From the IMG/VR virus record IMGVR_UViG_3300036823_000389, positions 1,432 through 65,431 of that record: a DNA stretch of 64,000 bases; one strand, written 5' to 3'. This document shows, piece by piece, positions 1 through 9,015 of this stretch (position 1 is the first letter of the stretch; each line of letters opens with the position of its first letter). Source of the DNA: a virus (taxonomy: Duplodnaviria; Caudoviricetes). A model generated the notes under the pieces. That model was not told the origin of the DNA, made no database searches, and saw only the letters and a program-made list of their open reading frames with translations. Made by a program: the position numbers and the translations under genes.

Positions 1-8
1 TGACCGCC

Positions 9-1859
9 ATGGACGAAGCCCGCGCACTGGTCGCGGCCGACGACCGCCAGGATTTCGACTTCGCCGCCCGCGGCTTCATCGCGACGCGCAAGGACCCCGT
101 CATCGCGCGCGCCGACGGCCGCGCCGCGTTCGATCTGTCGTCCTATGATTTCCTCAAAGGCCCGGCGCCGGCCACCGCCAACCCCAGCCTGTGGCGCCAG
201 GCGCAGATCCTGACCCAGCACGGCCTCTTCAGGGTCGCCGAACGCATCTACCAGGTGCGCGGCTTCGACGTCTCCACCATCTCGTTCATCGACGCCGGCA
301 GCGGCTGGATCGTGGTCGATCCCCTGACCACGGTGGAGGTCGCGCGCGCCGCGTATGATCTCGTCACCGAGCATCTCGGCCGCAAGCCCGTCGCCGCGGT
401 GATCTATTCGCACAGCCATGTCGACCATTATGGCGGCGTCGGCGGCGTCGCGACCGCGGCGGAGGCCGCGTCCGGCGCCATCACGGTGATCGCGCCCGAG
501 GGCTTTCTCGAGCACGCGGTATCGGAGAACATCATCGCCGGCCCCGCGATGTCGCGCCGCGCCCGCTTCCAGTTCGGGCTCACGCTGCCGCGCGGCGCCC
601 AGGGCGAGATGACCTCCGGCCTCGGCCCCTGCCCTTCGCTCGGCTCGCTGTCGCTGATCGCGCCGAACCTGCTGATCACGCAGACCGGCCAGGAGGTCAC
701 CATCGGCGACGTGACCATGGTGTTCCAGCTGACGCCCGGCACCGAGGCGCCGGCGGAGATGAACTTCTACCTGCCGCAATTCCGCGCCGTGTTCATGGCG
801 GAGAACGCCAACCTCACCATGCATAACCTGTTGCCGGCGCGCGGCGCGCTGGTGCGCGACGCCAAGGCGTGGGCCGACTACCTCACCGAGGCGATCCGCC
901 TGTTCGGGGCCAAGAGCGACGTGATGTTCGCGGCGCACGGCATCCCGCGCTTCGGCCAGGCTGAGATCGTGCGCTTCCTCGCCAATCATCGCGACGCCTA
1001 CAAATTCCTCCACGACCAGACCGTGCGGCTGATGAATGCCGGCTTCACCGGGCCGGAGATCGCCGAGGTGCTGAAGCTGCCCGACATCCTGTCGAAGCAA
1101 TGGTTCAACCGCGGCTATTACGGCACGATGAGCCACAATTCGAAGGCCGTGTATCAGCGCTATATGGGCTGGTACGACGCGAACCCCGCCAACCTCAACC
1201 CGCTGCCCCCCGAGCCCGCCGCCAAGCGCTATGTCGAAGCCATGGGCGGCGCCGATGCGGTGCTGGCGCTGGCCGAGAAAGCGGTGCGCGGGGGCGAGCC
1301 ACGCTGGGCCGCGACCCTCCTCAACCATCTCGTCTTCGCCGACGAGCACAACAAGCCGGCGCGCGAGGCGCTCGCCAAGGTCTACGCCCAGCTCGCCTTC
1401 GAGTCCGAGGCCGGCACCTGGCGCAACATCTATCTCACCGGCGCGCAGGAACTGACCACCGGCGTGGTCAAGCTGCCGCCCGCCGGCCTCAGCCCCGACG
1501 TGCTCTCGGCCACGACGACACCGATGCTGCTCGACTTCGCCGCCGTGCGCGTCAATCCGGAGAAGGCGGCCGCCGCGGCGTTCAAGATCAATATCGAGCT
1601 TACCGATCGCGGCGAGACGCATCTCGTCACGGTGGAGAACGGCGTGCTGATCCACGAAGCCGGAATTTCCGATCGGGAGGCCGGCGCCACCGTGCGCCTC
1701 GCGCGCCCGGCGCTGCTGATGACCCTGTTCGCCGGCGTGCCGGCGGCGGGCCTAGTGTCATCGGGTGCGATCGCGATCACCGGCGATGCTGCGCTCTACG
1801 ACGCGCTGGTCAGCCTGATAGATCCGATCGTGCCGAACTTCCCGGTGGTGACGCCGTAG
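9..1859 (+). CDS. Alkyl/aryl-sulfatase (SdsA1/BDS1-like metallo-beta-lactamase fold with C-terminal SCP2-like domain); host gene, true start may lie upstream
   Basis: HSHVDHYGG metal motif, TPGTEAPAEM, MHNLLPARGALVRD, RGYYGTMSHN, YMGWYDANPANL; host-like codon usage. Confidence 0.9.
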   Translation: MDEARALVAADDRQDFDFAARGFIATRKDPVIARADGRAAFDLSSYDFLKGPAPATANPSLWRQAQILTQHGLFRVAERIYQVRGFDVSTISFIDAGSGWIVVDPLTTVEVARAAYDLVTEHLGRKPVAAVIYSHSHVDHYGGVGGVATAAEAASGAITVIAPEGFLEHAVSENIIAGPAMSRRARFQFGLTLPRGAQGEMTSGLGPCPSLGSLSLIAPNLLITQTGQEVTIGDVTMVFQLTPGTEAPAEMNFYLPQFRAVFMAENANLTMHNLLPARGALVRDAKAWADYLTEAIRLFGAKSDVMFAAHGIPRFGQAEIVRFLANHRDAYKFLHDQTVRLMNAGFTGPEIAEVLKLPDILSKQWFNRGYYGTMSHNSKAVYQRYMGWYDANPANLNPLPPEPAAKRYVEAMGGADAVLALAEKAVRGGEPRWAATLLNHLVFADEHNKPAREALAKVYAQLAFESEAGTWRNIYLTGAQELTTGVVKLPPAGLSPDVLSATTTPMLLDFAAVRVNPEKAAAAAFKINIELTDRGETHLVTVENGVLIHEAGISDREAGATVRLARPALLMTLFAGVPAAGLVSSGAIAITGDAALYDALVSLIDPIVPNFPVVTP

Positions 1860-1861
1860 CG

Positions 1862-2164
1862 TCAGACGCACGCGGTCAGCAACACCGTCGCGGCGAGCGC
1901 CACGGCGCCGTAAGCGCCGATCTCGCTCCAGCTGCGCAACGGCTTGAGGCGGCGCTCCCACGGCGCGTCGCGCGAGTTCAACGATTGCGTGCGGGGAAAA
2001 TGAAAATCGGCATGCCGGTAATCGGCATGCGCGCTGATGACGCGCGAGGGGCAAGCATTGGCGATTCCAACAGCAGACATGGCGGCATTCCCAAACTTGG
2101 CCCCTCCTTGGTTGCAGAACGCCGGCCCCGATGGCCGGTTCCAAAATCCGGAAGATCGCGTCAC
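1862..2164 (-). CDS. Hypothetical small protein with hydrophobic C-terminus (host); start uncertain
   Basis: ORF convergent with the sulfatase, ending in IGAYGAVALAATVLLTACV. Confidence 0.3.
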   Translation of the reverse strand: MTRSSGFWNRPSGPAFCNQGGAKFGNAAMSAVGIANACPSRVISAHADYRHADFHFPRTQSLNSRDAPWERRLKPLRSWSEIGAYGAVALAATVLLTACV

Positions 2165-2253
2165 GCCGTGTCATCCGAGTCACATCCCTTGCGGCCCAGG
2201 ACAAAAAAAGAGCGGCTCGCGCCACTCTGCTTCGACGATAGGGAAGATTTGGA

Positions 2254-2273
2254 TGGTAGGCCGGGAGGGGCTT
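2254..2273 (-). other. Possible tRNA 3'-end fragment (att scar of another element)
   Basis: Minus strand reads AAGCCCCTCCCGGCCTACCA, resembling T-stem/acceptor stem plus CCA; adjacent to an AT-rich non-coding tract. Confidence 0.3.
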
Positions 2274-2548
2274 ATCTTTTATAGATATTTCAATGAGTTA
2301 GGAAGACTGGGAGCAAATCTCGGTGCCATTGTTTCATAAGGCTTATTTCGAAGAATGCTCCCACACCGCATGATGGCAACAGGCGTGACCCAGCCGCGTA
2401 ACATCGCCGTCGGTTTGATCGGTCATGGTGGGTCTCCTTGAGGGGCGGGCCGGCGGATGGGCGTTTTTCGGGGATATCGGCGACGGCTTGAGGCGGTGGA
2501 CAATCTAGGGCAAAAGTCGCCCCCCCCCCCGCCCGCGAGGGATGGAAT

Positions 2549-2587
2549 GGAGCTGTGGCCGAGAGGCTGAAGGCGGCGGCTTGCTAA
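2549..2587 (+). pseudogene. 5' half of tRNA-Ser(GCT), interrupted at the anticodon loop; putative attL
   Basis: GGAGCTG-TGGCCGAGAGGCTGAAGGC-GGCGGC-TTGCTAA matches the acceptor 5' strand, serine-type D arm and GCT anticodon loop; no variable arm, GTTCGAA T-loop or acceptor 3' strand follows. Confidence 0.75.
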
Positions 2588-2616
2588 TTCGCCAGCGCCA
2601 AGCATTTCTACGGTTT

Positions 2617-2666
2617 TTCTGACAACATTACCCGATTGTTGGCCTTTTCTTTGCCGTTTGTCAGAA
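2617..2666. repeat. Inverted repeat TTCTGACAA...TTGTCAGAA; candidate integrase arm-type or accessory sites
   Basis: 9-bp perfect inverted pair at 2617-2625 and 2658-2666, about 30 bp inside the junction. Confidence 0.4.
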
Positions 2667-3172
2667 TAGCGGCTCGACTATTCTTTGGCTGTTCGCTCGG
2701 CTTAAATCAAGCACAGGTTACCGGTGTCGGGCGGCAGACGAAGCGCGTAGACCTCTTGGCAAAACGCGCGAATACGGCGACAGTCGTTTCATGCCACCAG
2801 AGGTTCTCGTGGTTAACCCACTTCCGCCGCTCCGCGTCGCCGCCGCCTCTGCCGAAATCGCGCTGATTTCTGTGGCCAGATGGGCGTTTGCCGATTGCCG
2901 CGCGCGGCGCTCCGCGCCTAAGCTCTGCCGACATCTCATCCATGTCAGGGCTTCTGGGGACTGCGTCGCGGGGCGGGATGGGCGTGGATACGGATGCCAG
3001 TACCGCGCGTATTATGGGGGGAGACGAACATGATCACGCTTTTCGGGCGCGGCGGCGGCCGTCGCGGTAGTTGGGCTTCGCCCCGCTGCTTCGGAGCCAT
3101 GAGTTCGGTTGTTGACCGTTATTCGACAGCGGCCTTGAACCCGTCCACTTCCTCCACTACATCCCCTCACCC

Positions 3173-3730
3173 ATGAGCCAGCCAATTACCCGCGCCGTCG
3201 TCGTCAACCCCGAGCTCGTCGAGTATCGGGCTCTTGTCGCGCGCATGATGCAGGAGGCCCTTCGGGACCGCCAGCGCCGTGTGCTGCTGAACAAAGGCAC
3301 CGATCACGCCAAGGTCGTGATCGACAACATGCTTGAGAATGCGCGCGGCGACGTCTCAGTCTTCGCGCGCAAACTTACGATCTCTGTCTTCGACCCACAG
3401 GTCATCCGCACCCTTTTGGAGCGGCTTCCGAGCGCGAATGTGCGCGTAGTGGTCAGCGAAGCCGACGCACTCTCTGCGCCCGATTCGGCGCTGTCGCAGC
3501 TCGGTGATGTGATCGCGACCGGCCGCATCAAAGTCGCGACCAATCTAGCCGCGCACGAGAGCAACAACGTCTGCGTCGTGGACAAGCTATTCACACGGCT
3601 CGAGAAGAACCCCGTGACCCGCGAGGCGACCGTGGTTTTTGGCGATCCAGACTATGCCCAAAGCGCCCTGAACTACTTCGAGCGCATTTGGACTCCGGCG
3701 ACAAAACACCAACCGGAGCCCCGGGCGTAG
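3173..3730 (+). CDS. Moron: cytoplasmic protein with a probable PLD-like fold but no HKD motif
   Basis: Pattern MLENARGDVSVFARKL...VRVVVS...VCVVDK...RLE...FGDPDYAQSALNYFERIW; opposite strand to the late genes. Confidence 0.55.
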   Translation: MSQPITRAVVVNPELVEYRALVARMMQEALRDRQRRVLLNKGTDHAKVVIDNMLENARGDVSVFARKLTISVFDPQVIRTLLERLPSANVRVVVSEADALSAPDSALSQLGDVIATGRIKVATNLAAHESNNVCVVDKLFTRLEKNPVTREATVVFGDPDYAQSALNYFERIWTPATKHQPEPRA

Positions 3731-3806
3731 TTTCTCCATACCTGTAAGCGCGCCGTGCCGATGAGTTTGCGGCGCGCCCTTCCCGACTAGCCAATTCGCG
3801 AAAACG

Positions 3807-4706
3807 GTGATGGTAAAAGAAACCCGCAACTGGGTCACACGATCGTTTGTGCTTATCGCCTTGATGGCGATAGCTGGTGGAATTGCGTCGATTCAGCCAC
3901 TGAAAGGTGGCGGACCATTTATTCCGATGGACGAGCTACTCGCGGTAGTGATCGCGGTGACCGGCGTGACGGTCCCGCTGATCATCGTCTATCGCGCGAG
4001 CATGTTGACCGAAATTCGCAACACTGTTGCGACGGCCATTGAATCTTTTTTCTCATCGAAAGGCATGGCGGTTGACGACTTTATGGAAGCCTACACGCAG
4101 GCCTTGGGCGACCTCCAGGAACAGCAACGCCCTGCGAACGGCGTCATGGCACATGACGTTCCCCCGGTTCTGCAACCCGAACCCATCCTGATCGCGTTGG
4201 GCCGCGCGTACCGCGCCCGTGACCGCTACGACCATATCAATCATGTGTTCATGCCCTTCCCGGAAGCACCCCGAACTTGGCTGATCGGTAGCGACAAAAC
4301 GGTCAACAGGCATTTTGTTCGAATCTATGATGAGCAGGAAGATCGGCCTGTATCGGTCTGGCTGTTGTGGGTGCTGTCGGCTTTGGTCCTCATCTGTTTC
4401 AGCGATCTGTATGCGATGCATCTGGGATTCTTGGAGCAATACAAGGCTTGGGGATGGCAATCCGCCGACCGTTGGCTCGTCATCTACACCTTCGTAGTGA
4501 ATTTACTGACTTACGTCGTGCTGGGCTGGTTCGTGACGCGTCGCGCCTTTTTCGAAGCGAAGATCGAGGAAGAGGTTTGGCGCCTTTGCCCGGAGACGCT
4601 GAAGGAGGTCAAAGCGTCGCGGCAACGCCGAGAGTCCCAGGCAGACGTTGATCAAAAACAGCTTGAGCCGCAACTCCCTGTTCCGAACGGAACCCCGAAG
4701 CAGTGA
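3807..4706 (+). CDS. Moron: membrane protein with about 4 TM helices (2+2) around a soluble domain
   Basis: Hydrophobic runs FVLIALMAIAGGIA, LLAVVIAVTGVTVPLIIVY, VWLLWVLSALVLICF, WLVIYTFVVNLLTYVVLGWFV. Confidence 0.7.
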   Translation: MMVKETRNWVTRSFVLIALMAIAGGIASIQPLKGGGPFIPMDELLAVVIAVTGVTVPLIIVYRASMLTEIRNTVATAIESFFSSKGMAVDDFMEAYTQALGDLQEQQRPANGVMAHDVPPVLQPEPILIALGRAYRARDRYDHINHVFMPFPEAPRTWLIGSDKTVNRHFVRIYDEQEDRPVSVWLLWVLSALVLICFSDLYAMHLGFLEQYKAWGWQSADRWLVIYTFVVNLLTYVVLGWFVTRRAFFEAKIEEEVWRLCPETLKEVKASRQRRESQADVDQKQLEPQLPVPNGTPKQ

Positions 4707-4730
4707 GAATATCTCGCGTGGCGGAGCGGA

Positions 4731-4994
4731 TTATTGGCGTCGCGCTTTCGTCGATGGCAGAATTCGCGGCCCATACCGGTCCTCGATATCCGCCAGCGCG
4801 TCCCGCGCCGCGATCGCGCGGTTCATCGCCGCCACGCGCGCGATGTCTTCCGGGTACAGGATCAGGTGGACGTTGGGGGGCTGGGTGAAGCTCATACAAC
4901 CATGGCCGGCCGGAGCTTCGAAGGCGCGCGGAACGGCCGCCGGCGGCGGCGGGCCGAGCAGCGCCTCGGCGTAGCGCGTGAACGGCGCCTTCAT
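4731..4994 (-). CDS. Hypothetical protein
   Basis: ATGA overlap with the upstream ORF stop. Confidence 0.45.
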   Translation of the reverse strand: MKAPFTRYAEALLGPPPPAAVPRAFEAPAGHGCMSFTQPPNVHLILYPEDIARVAAMNRAIAARDALADIEDRYGPRILPSTKARRQ

Positions 4995-5497
4995 TCCACG
5001 ACTTTGAGATCGCGGACGCTGTCGCGCATCAGGCGCGTGTGTTCGCGCAGCCAGTAGCGATCGCGGCCTGGGCGAAGTGTCTTGAGCTTCATGTCGAACG
5101 CGATATGCGCGAGGTCGAGATCGCGGGTCAGTGTGCGTGTCTCGAAGACGTCTCCTGCGGGATCGATGGATTCAATCTGGAAGATGAACTCCGAACGCGG
5201 TGGTTCGATATAGCTGGCCGGCACGTCCGACATCGGCCTGTCCTGGTTGACCCAGTCGCGCGGCGTCGGCGCGTACCAAGGGAAGATCACCCAGAGCTTC
5301 TCGCGGCAGCGCCGACATTCGCGCTTGCCGATCAGCCGGCCGAACGAGATCGCGCCGAACACGCCGAGCGCGGTGCGCGCATCAGCCTCGAAAGATCTTG
5401 AGCAGGTCCAGCACCACAGGATAACGCGCTCGTCGCGTCCGGCAGCGTCGGCAAGATCGGTGGATGGTCGCAAGACGGGAAGGCGCGCGACGGACAT
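4991..5497 (-). CDS. Zn-ribbon hypothetical protein
   Basis: CWTC and CRRC pairs; start taken at MSVARL. Confidence 0.55.
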   Translation of the reverse strand: MSVARLPVLRPSTDLADAAGRDERVILWCWTCSRSFEADARTALGVFGAISFGRLIGKRECRRCREKLWVIFPWYAPTPRDWVNQDRPMSDVPASYIEPPRSEFIFQIESIDPAGDVFETRTLTRDLDLAHIAFDMKLKTLRPGRDRYWLREHTRLMRDSVRDLKVVE

Positions 5498-5517
5498 GGG
5501 ACACCCACGGCGTGTGA

Positions 5518-5937
5518 TTATGCCGCGCGAGCGCTGAGCATCTCGGCGATTTCCCGAGCCGCGCGCGACTGCTTTTCTGTGACTCTCAGCTTCAACGCCG
5601 CCGGCGACGGCACGCTTGCATCGTGCTCGACGATCGATAAGCCATGCCACACCTGCTCCCCCGCTTTGCGCATGATATCCGCCCGCGCAACCTCGTCATC
5701 TGGGTTGGCTGAGCGGAAGCAATCCCTGCCGACGTAGTCGATAGGCAAATGCTGGCGCGGCTCATCTGCAAGGATGTGCAGGTCCATGATGCCATCCGGG
5801 GCGCGCGCGAACCGATAGTGGGTCACCGTCCGCGCCATCAGCATCGCAAAGGCTTCCGGCAGCGAGAGCCGGAAACCGACGATTTCGATCTCGCTTGGCG
5901 CGGCGGGAATCCCATAATTGCAGACGGCGTAGGGCAT
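5518..5937 (-). CDS. Hypothetical protein, probably LexA-regulated
   Basis: GAGGA RBS before the ATG; SOS box 22 bp upstream. Confidence 0.6.
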   Translation of the reverse strand: MPYAVCNYGIPAAPSEIEIVGFRLSLPEAFAMLMARTVTHYRFARAPDGIMDLHILADEPRQHLPIDYVGRDCFRSANPDDEVARADIMRKAGEQVWHGLSIVEHDASVPSPAALKLRVTEKQSRAAREIAEMLSARAA

Positions 5938-5958
5938 GGCGTCCTCATTTCACTGTGA

Positions 5959-5973
5959 GAACATTAGAAGAAC
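5959..5973. promoter_or_regulatory. Alphaproteobacterial LexA box GAAC-N7-GAAC
   Basis: GAACattagaaGAAC is an exact consensus match, in the divergent intergenic region upstream of SRAP. Confidence 0.8.
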
Positions 5974-6258
5974 AAATCCGGAGACGAGTCTAGAGGGGAG
6001 CCAAGTTCCGTGCCGGACGTTGACGGACATGACCCGGTCCGACGCGCCCCGAAAACCAGCCAAACCCTTGAAAAAGGTGGTGCCGATGCCCGCTTACGAT
6101 ATCGTGTGGAACGACGACCGTGGCCGCTTCGAGGTGATGGTGGCGGGCCAGATGGTCGGCTTTCATCGTCTCCGCGGCGGTGCGGAGGCGCTCGGTGCAC
6201 GTGTCGTGGCCAAGCCGACCCGCTAAGATGCCTACCTTGCAACCCATCGGAGCTTGCC

Positions 6259-6963
6259 ATGTGCCGCGACTATGAACGCGAACGCGCCTGGCGCGAGCAT
6301 CAGAAGCTGCTGGAGCAAGAGTACCAGCGCCGCCAGCGCCAGCAGCTCAAGATCGTGTCGCCGGCAGCCGAGCCGAATACCTATCAGGCCTCGGACACCG
6401 CCCCGACCGATCCCGCGCCGATCATCCGCGCAGCCGAGAGCGGCTATGGCTGCGAGCTGGCCACCGCGCGCTGGTGGTTCGTGCCGGACACCTATCGCGG
6501 CACGCTCGACGACTTCCGCAAGAAGGAGAAGCTCAGCACCTTCAACGCGCGGAGCGACCGCATCGCCAAGTCACCCACCTTCCGCAAGGCCTTCGTCTCC
6601 GGCCGCTGTCTCGTACCGGCGTCTGGCTGGTACGAATGGACAGAGCCGCCGGGCTGGAAAAAGGGCACACCCAAAACCAAATGGCGCTTCACGATAGGAG
6701 ACCACGAGCCGATTTTCCTCGCGGGCATCTGCAGCCATATCCAGAACGGCGGCGATCCGACCTTCACCTTCGCATTGGTGACGCACGCGGCTGGCGCCGG
6801 CGTCGACGCGTATCATGATCGTGCGCCTTTCGTGCTGCCACCCGAGACATGGGCCGATTGGCTTGATCCAGGCTACGACGCGCCGCTCGATCTCATACCG
6901 GAAGCGAGCGCGCCCGATGCATACCGGGTCGAATACGTCAGTGGGACAGGGCCGGCGGACTAA
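6259..6963 (+). CDS. SOS response-associated peptidase (SRAP/YedK/HMCES abasic-site protection protein)
   Basis: Starts MC (catalytic Cys2); TFNARSD, RCLVPASGWYEW, HDRAP, WLDP motifs. Confidence 0.9.
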   Translation: MCRDYERERAWREHQKLLEQEYQRRQRQQLKIVSPAAEPNTYQASDTAPTDPAPIIRAAESGYGCELATARWWFVPDTYRGTLDDFRKKEKLSTFNARSDRIAKSPTFRKAFVSGRCLVPASGWYEWTEPPGWKKGTPKTKWRFTIGDHEPIFLAGICSHIQNGGDPTFTFALVTHAAGAGVDAYHDRAPFVLPPETWADWLDPGYDAPLDLIPEASAPDAYRVEYVSGTGPAD

Positions 6964-6983
6964 CTCCGCCAATTGGCGGAGTT
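6962..6983. repeat. Dispersed palindrome copy 1: AACTCCGCCAATTGGCGGAGTT
   Basis: Perfect 22-bp palindrome; the core recurs at 31876, 33153 and 42879. Confidence 0.9.
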
Positions 6984-6992
6984 TCAGAAACG

Positions 6993-7028
6993 GAAAAGGC
7001 CCGGCGGCTTGCGCCACCGGGCCTTTCC
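6993..7028. terminator. Probable bidirectional intrinsic terminator between SRAP and the late operon end
   Basis: AAAGGCCCGGcGGC-ttgc-GCCaCCGGGCCTTT hairpin between convergent genes. Confidence 0.65.
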
Positions 7029-7047
7029 AAGTTGACGTGAAGATCGT

Positions 7048-7278
7048 CTAGCCGCCGCGCAACTCCGGCCAGTCGTTGGTGTCGCCCTCGTTTGCACGGA
7101 GCAGAACTCCGGTGTTGATGGCGCTCAGCGTCTCCTTGGCGTCGTCGGGCCGGCGACCATAAGCGCTCTGCAGCGAGACGTTGCAGAAGTCTTCCGAGCC
7201 ATTGGAAAGCTGGGTGATGACGGCGGGGATCAGAACTTTGTCGCCGACCTTGAGCGGCCGGCTTTTGGCGTCATGCAT
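7048..7278 (-). CDS. Hypothetical protein
   Basis: AAGGAG RBS before MHDAKSRPLKVGDKV. Confidence 0.6.
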   Translation of the reverse strand: MHDAKSRPLKVGDKVLIPAVITQLSNGSEDFCNVSLQSAYGRRPDDAKETLSAINTGVLLRANEGDTNDWPELRGG

Positions 7279-7324
7279 TGTAGAACTCCTTAGAGGATAT
7301 GCCGGAATACGCCGGCTCGCTGAA

Positions 7325-7639
7325 CTACGGGTTTTTCCAGATCGCGGCGCGCGCGTACTCCCAGAACGCGATCGCCAGCCCGCCGGCGGCAAGCCCGACG
7401 ATCGTTGTCCAGATCCTGTGGCCGGTGACTTCCGACAGCTTGCGACCGCGGCGCGCCCATTCCAGATCATCGCGAAGCGATTGCATGTCTTTAAAGTCGG
7501 CGATGTTGACGCCGAGCAGTGCGAACTGCTCACTCATCGTTTGACGGACAGCCTCTTTCGCTGCCGCGAGAGCAATGCTCGAGGCTTCCTCGCGCGTGAT
7601 GAAGTGACGGCGCTGATCGTCATCGTCGCTGGGCGGCAT
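7325..7639 (-). CDS. Lysis-region protein with a single C-terminal TM helix (holin/antiholin-like)
   Basis: IWTTIVGLAAGGLAIAFWEY; position at the end of the late operon. Confidence 0.55.
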   Translation of the reverse strand: MPPSDDDDQRRHFITREEASSIALAAAKEAVRQTMSEQFALLGVNIADFKDMQSLRDDLEWARRGRKLSEVTGHRIWTTIVGLAAGGLAIAFWEYARAAIWKNP

Positions 7640-7727
7640 GTTTGTCTTCGCCTTCGCTGAAAACCTGGTCTGGCCGCGAGGCGGCGAGCGTCACCGTGCT
7701 CGCCGCCCTTCGGCAGGTATGCCACGC

Positions 7728-8021
7728 CTACTGAGCCGTGCTGTCTTCGAGCTTCTGCACGTCGGCATCCGTCTGCGCGTCGAGCGATGCCCACTGCTCG
7801 GTCGTCGGGTCGCTCGTGCTGTCCGCGAGGGCCTGCATCTTGGCGATGTAGTCGGCGGCGTCCTGCGAGCCAGCCGCAGCCGCCTTGCCGATGTCGGAAA
7901 GCTTATCGAGAGCGATGCCGGCGACGGTTGCGCCGGGCTCGACGATCGATGCGGCGGAAGCGATCGCGGACGCGATCTGCAGCGCCTTGTTGATGTCGGT
8001 GATGATGGTCTGTGCGTTCAT
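7728..8021 (-). CDS. Lysis-region helical protein (spanin-partner candidate)
   Basis: GGAGA RBS; Ala-rich helical ORF following the lipobox-containing gene. Confidence 0.5.
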   Translation of the reverse strand: MNAQTIITDINKALQIASAIASAASIVEPGATVAGIALDKLSDIGKAAAAGSQDAADYIAKMQALADSTSDPTTEQWASLDAQTDADVQKLEDSTAQ

Positions 8022-8066
8022 GTCGGTCTCCGATGTGATGAGATTTTGAGGGGTGGCGTAGTGGCG

Positions 8067-8876
8067 CTAAGAGCCGGAGCTCGAGCTGATCGGCACCCCA
8101 AGCTTCGCCAGCGCCCCGGCGAAGTCGAGGTTCGAGGCGTTAAGCGACGCGAGCAGCGTGGCCGTTGCCGCATTGGTGCCGCTCTCGGCGGCCCCGCGCG
8201 CCGCCTTGTTCACCGCTTGCGCCTTCAAGACGGCGTCATGGATCGCCGACTTCTGCGCCGGCGTCGCGAGCCCGGTGTCGACGAAGTGCTGCGCCTGGCG
8301 GACGAGGAAGTCGAACGTCAGCTCCGCGCCGAACACCGTCTTCGCCTGGCCGGGGACGGGAGTATTGGCAACCGTCGCAACCGCGACGTTGCCGAGCGTG
8401 TCCACGATGTCGTCGGTCGAACATGCCGAGAGCCCCAGCGCTCCCGCGAACATCAGGCTGGCAAGGATGACGGGAGCGGCGCGACCCGCCGCCGCGATGA
8501 TCATGCCGTTGCTCGGCACGATACCGTTCGCCTTGTTGAGCGCATGACCGAGCGAACCGAAGCCCGCGGCGCCGAGGATCGCGAACACGCCGTCCGGGAT
8601 CACAATGCCGAACGCCGGCGCGGCCGACGACAGCGCGAGGATCAGCGCGGTGGCATAGCTCTTCCAGCCCGTGCCGGCGCCCGCGGCCGTGAGATCGACG
8701 CGGAAGACGGTGATGCCGAGCGCGCCGGCGAGCGGCAGCGTGACGGGTAGGAACCAGGGCGGAAGGGGATGGCCGGTCAGGCTGGGCCACAGCACCTGCA
8801 AGGCGACCAGCAACGCGCTGGCGACCGGCGCCAGGTAGAGCTTGTACTTGTTCCAGATGTCGGTGAGCGATTTCAT
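8067..8876 (-). CDS. Holin-like multi-TM protein with an internal lipobox
   Basis: About 4 TM segments including GWKSYATALIL, then VILASLMFAGALGLSAC; GGAGA RBS. Confidence 0.55.
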   Translation of the reverse strand: MKSLTDIWNKYKLYLAPVASALLVALQVLWPSLTGHPLPPWFLPVTLPLAGALGITVFRVDLTAAGAGTGWKSYATALILALSSAAPAFGIVIPDGVFAILGAAGFGSLGHALNKANGIVPSNGMIIAAAGRAAPVILASLMFAGALGLSACSTDDIVDTLGNVAVATVANTPVPGQAKTVFGAELTFDFLVRQAQHFVDTGLATPAQKSAIHDAVLKAQAVNKAARGAAESGTNAATATLLASLNASNLDFAGALAKLGVPISSSSGS

Positions 8877-9015
8877 TGGGTCTTCTCCGGGTTAGATGCG
8901 GGACCGCCGCATCGGAGAGCCCGCCCTGGCCATACACACCGCACATAAGCGCGACACGCGCCGACCCGGAGGGGCGGCGGACAGGGCAGGCTCACCGATA
9001 AGGCGTCGCTTGGGG

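Noticed and set aside
2520-2530. Poly-C tract as a phase-variation switch
   Set aside because: It is non-coding and downstream of the putative -10, and homopolymer length is error-prone; no supporting evidence.
2549-2640. Intact tRNA-Ser gene
   Set aside because: No variable arm, T-loop or acceptor 3' strand after the anticodon loop; only the 5' half is present.
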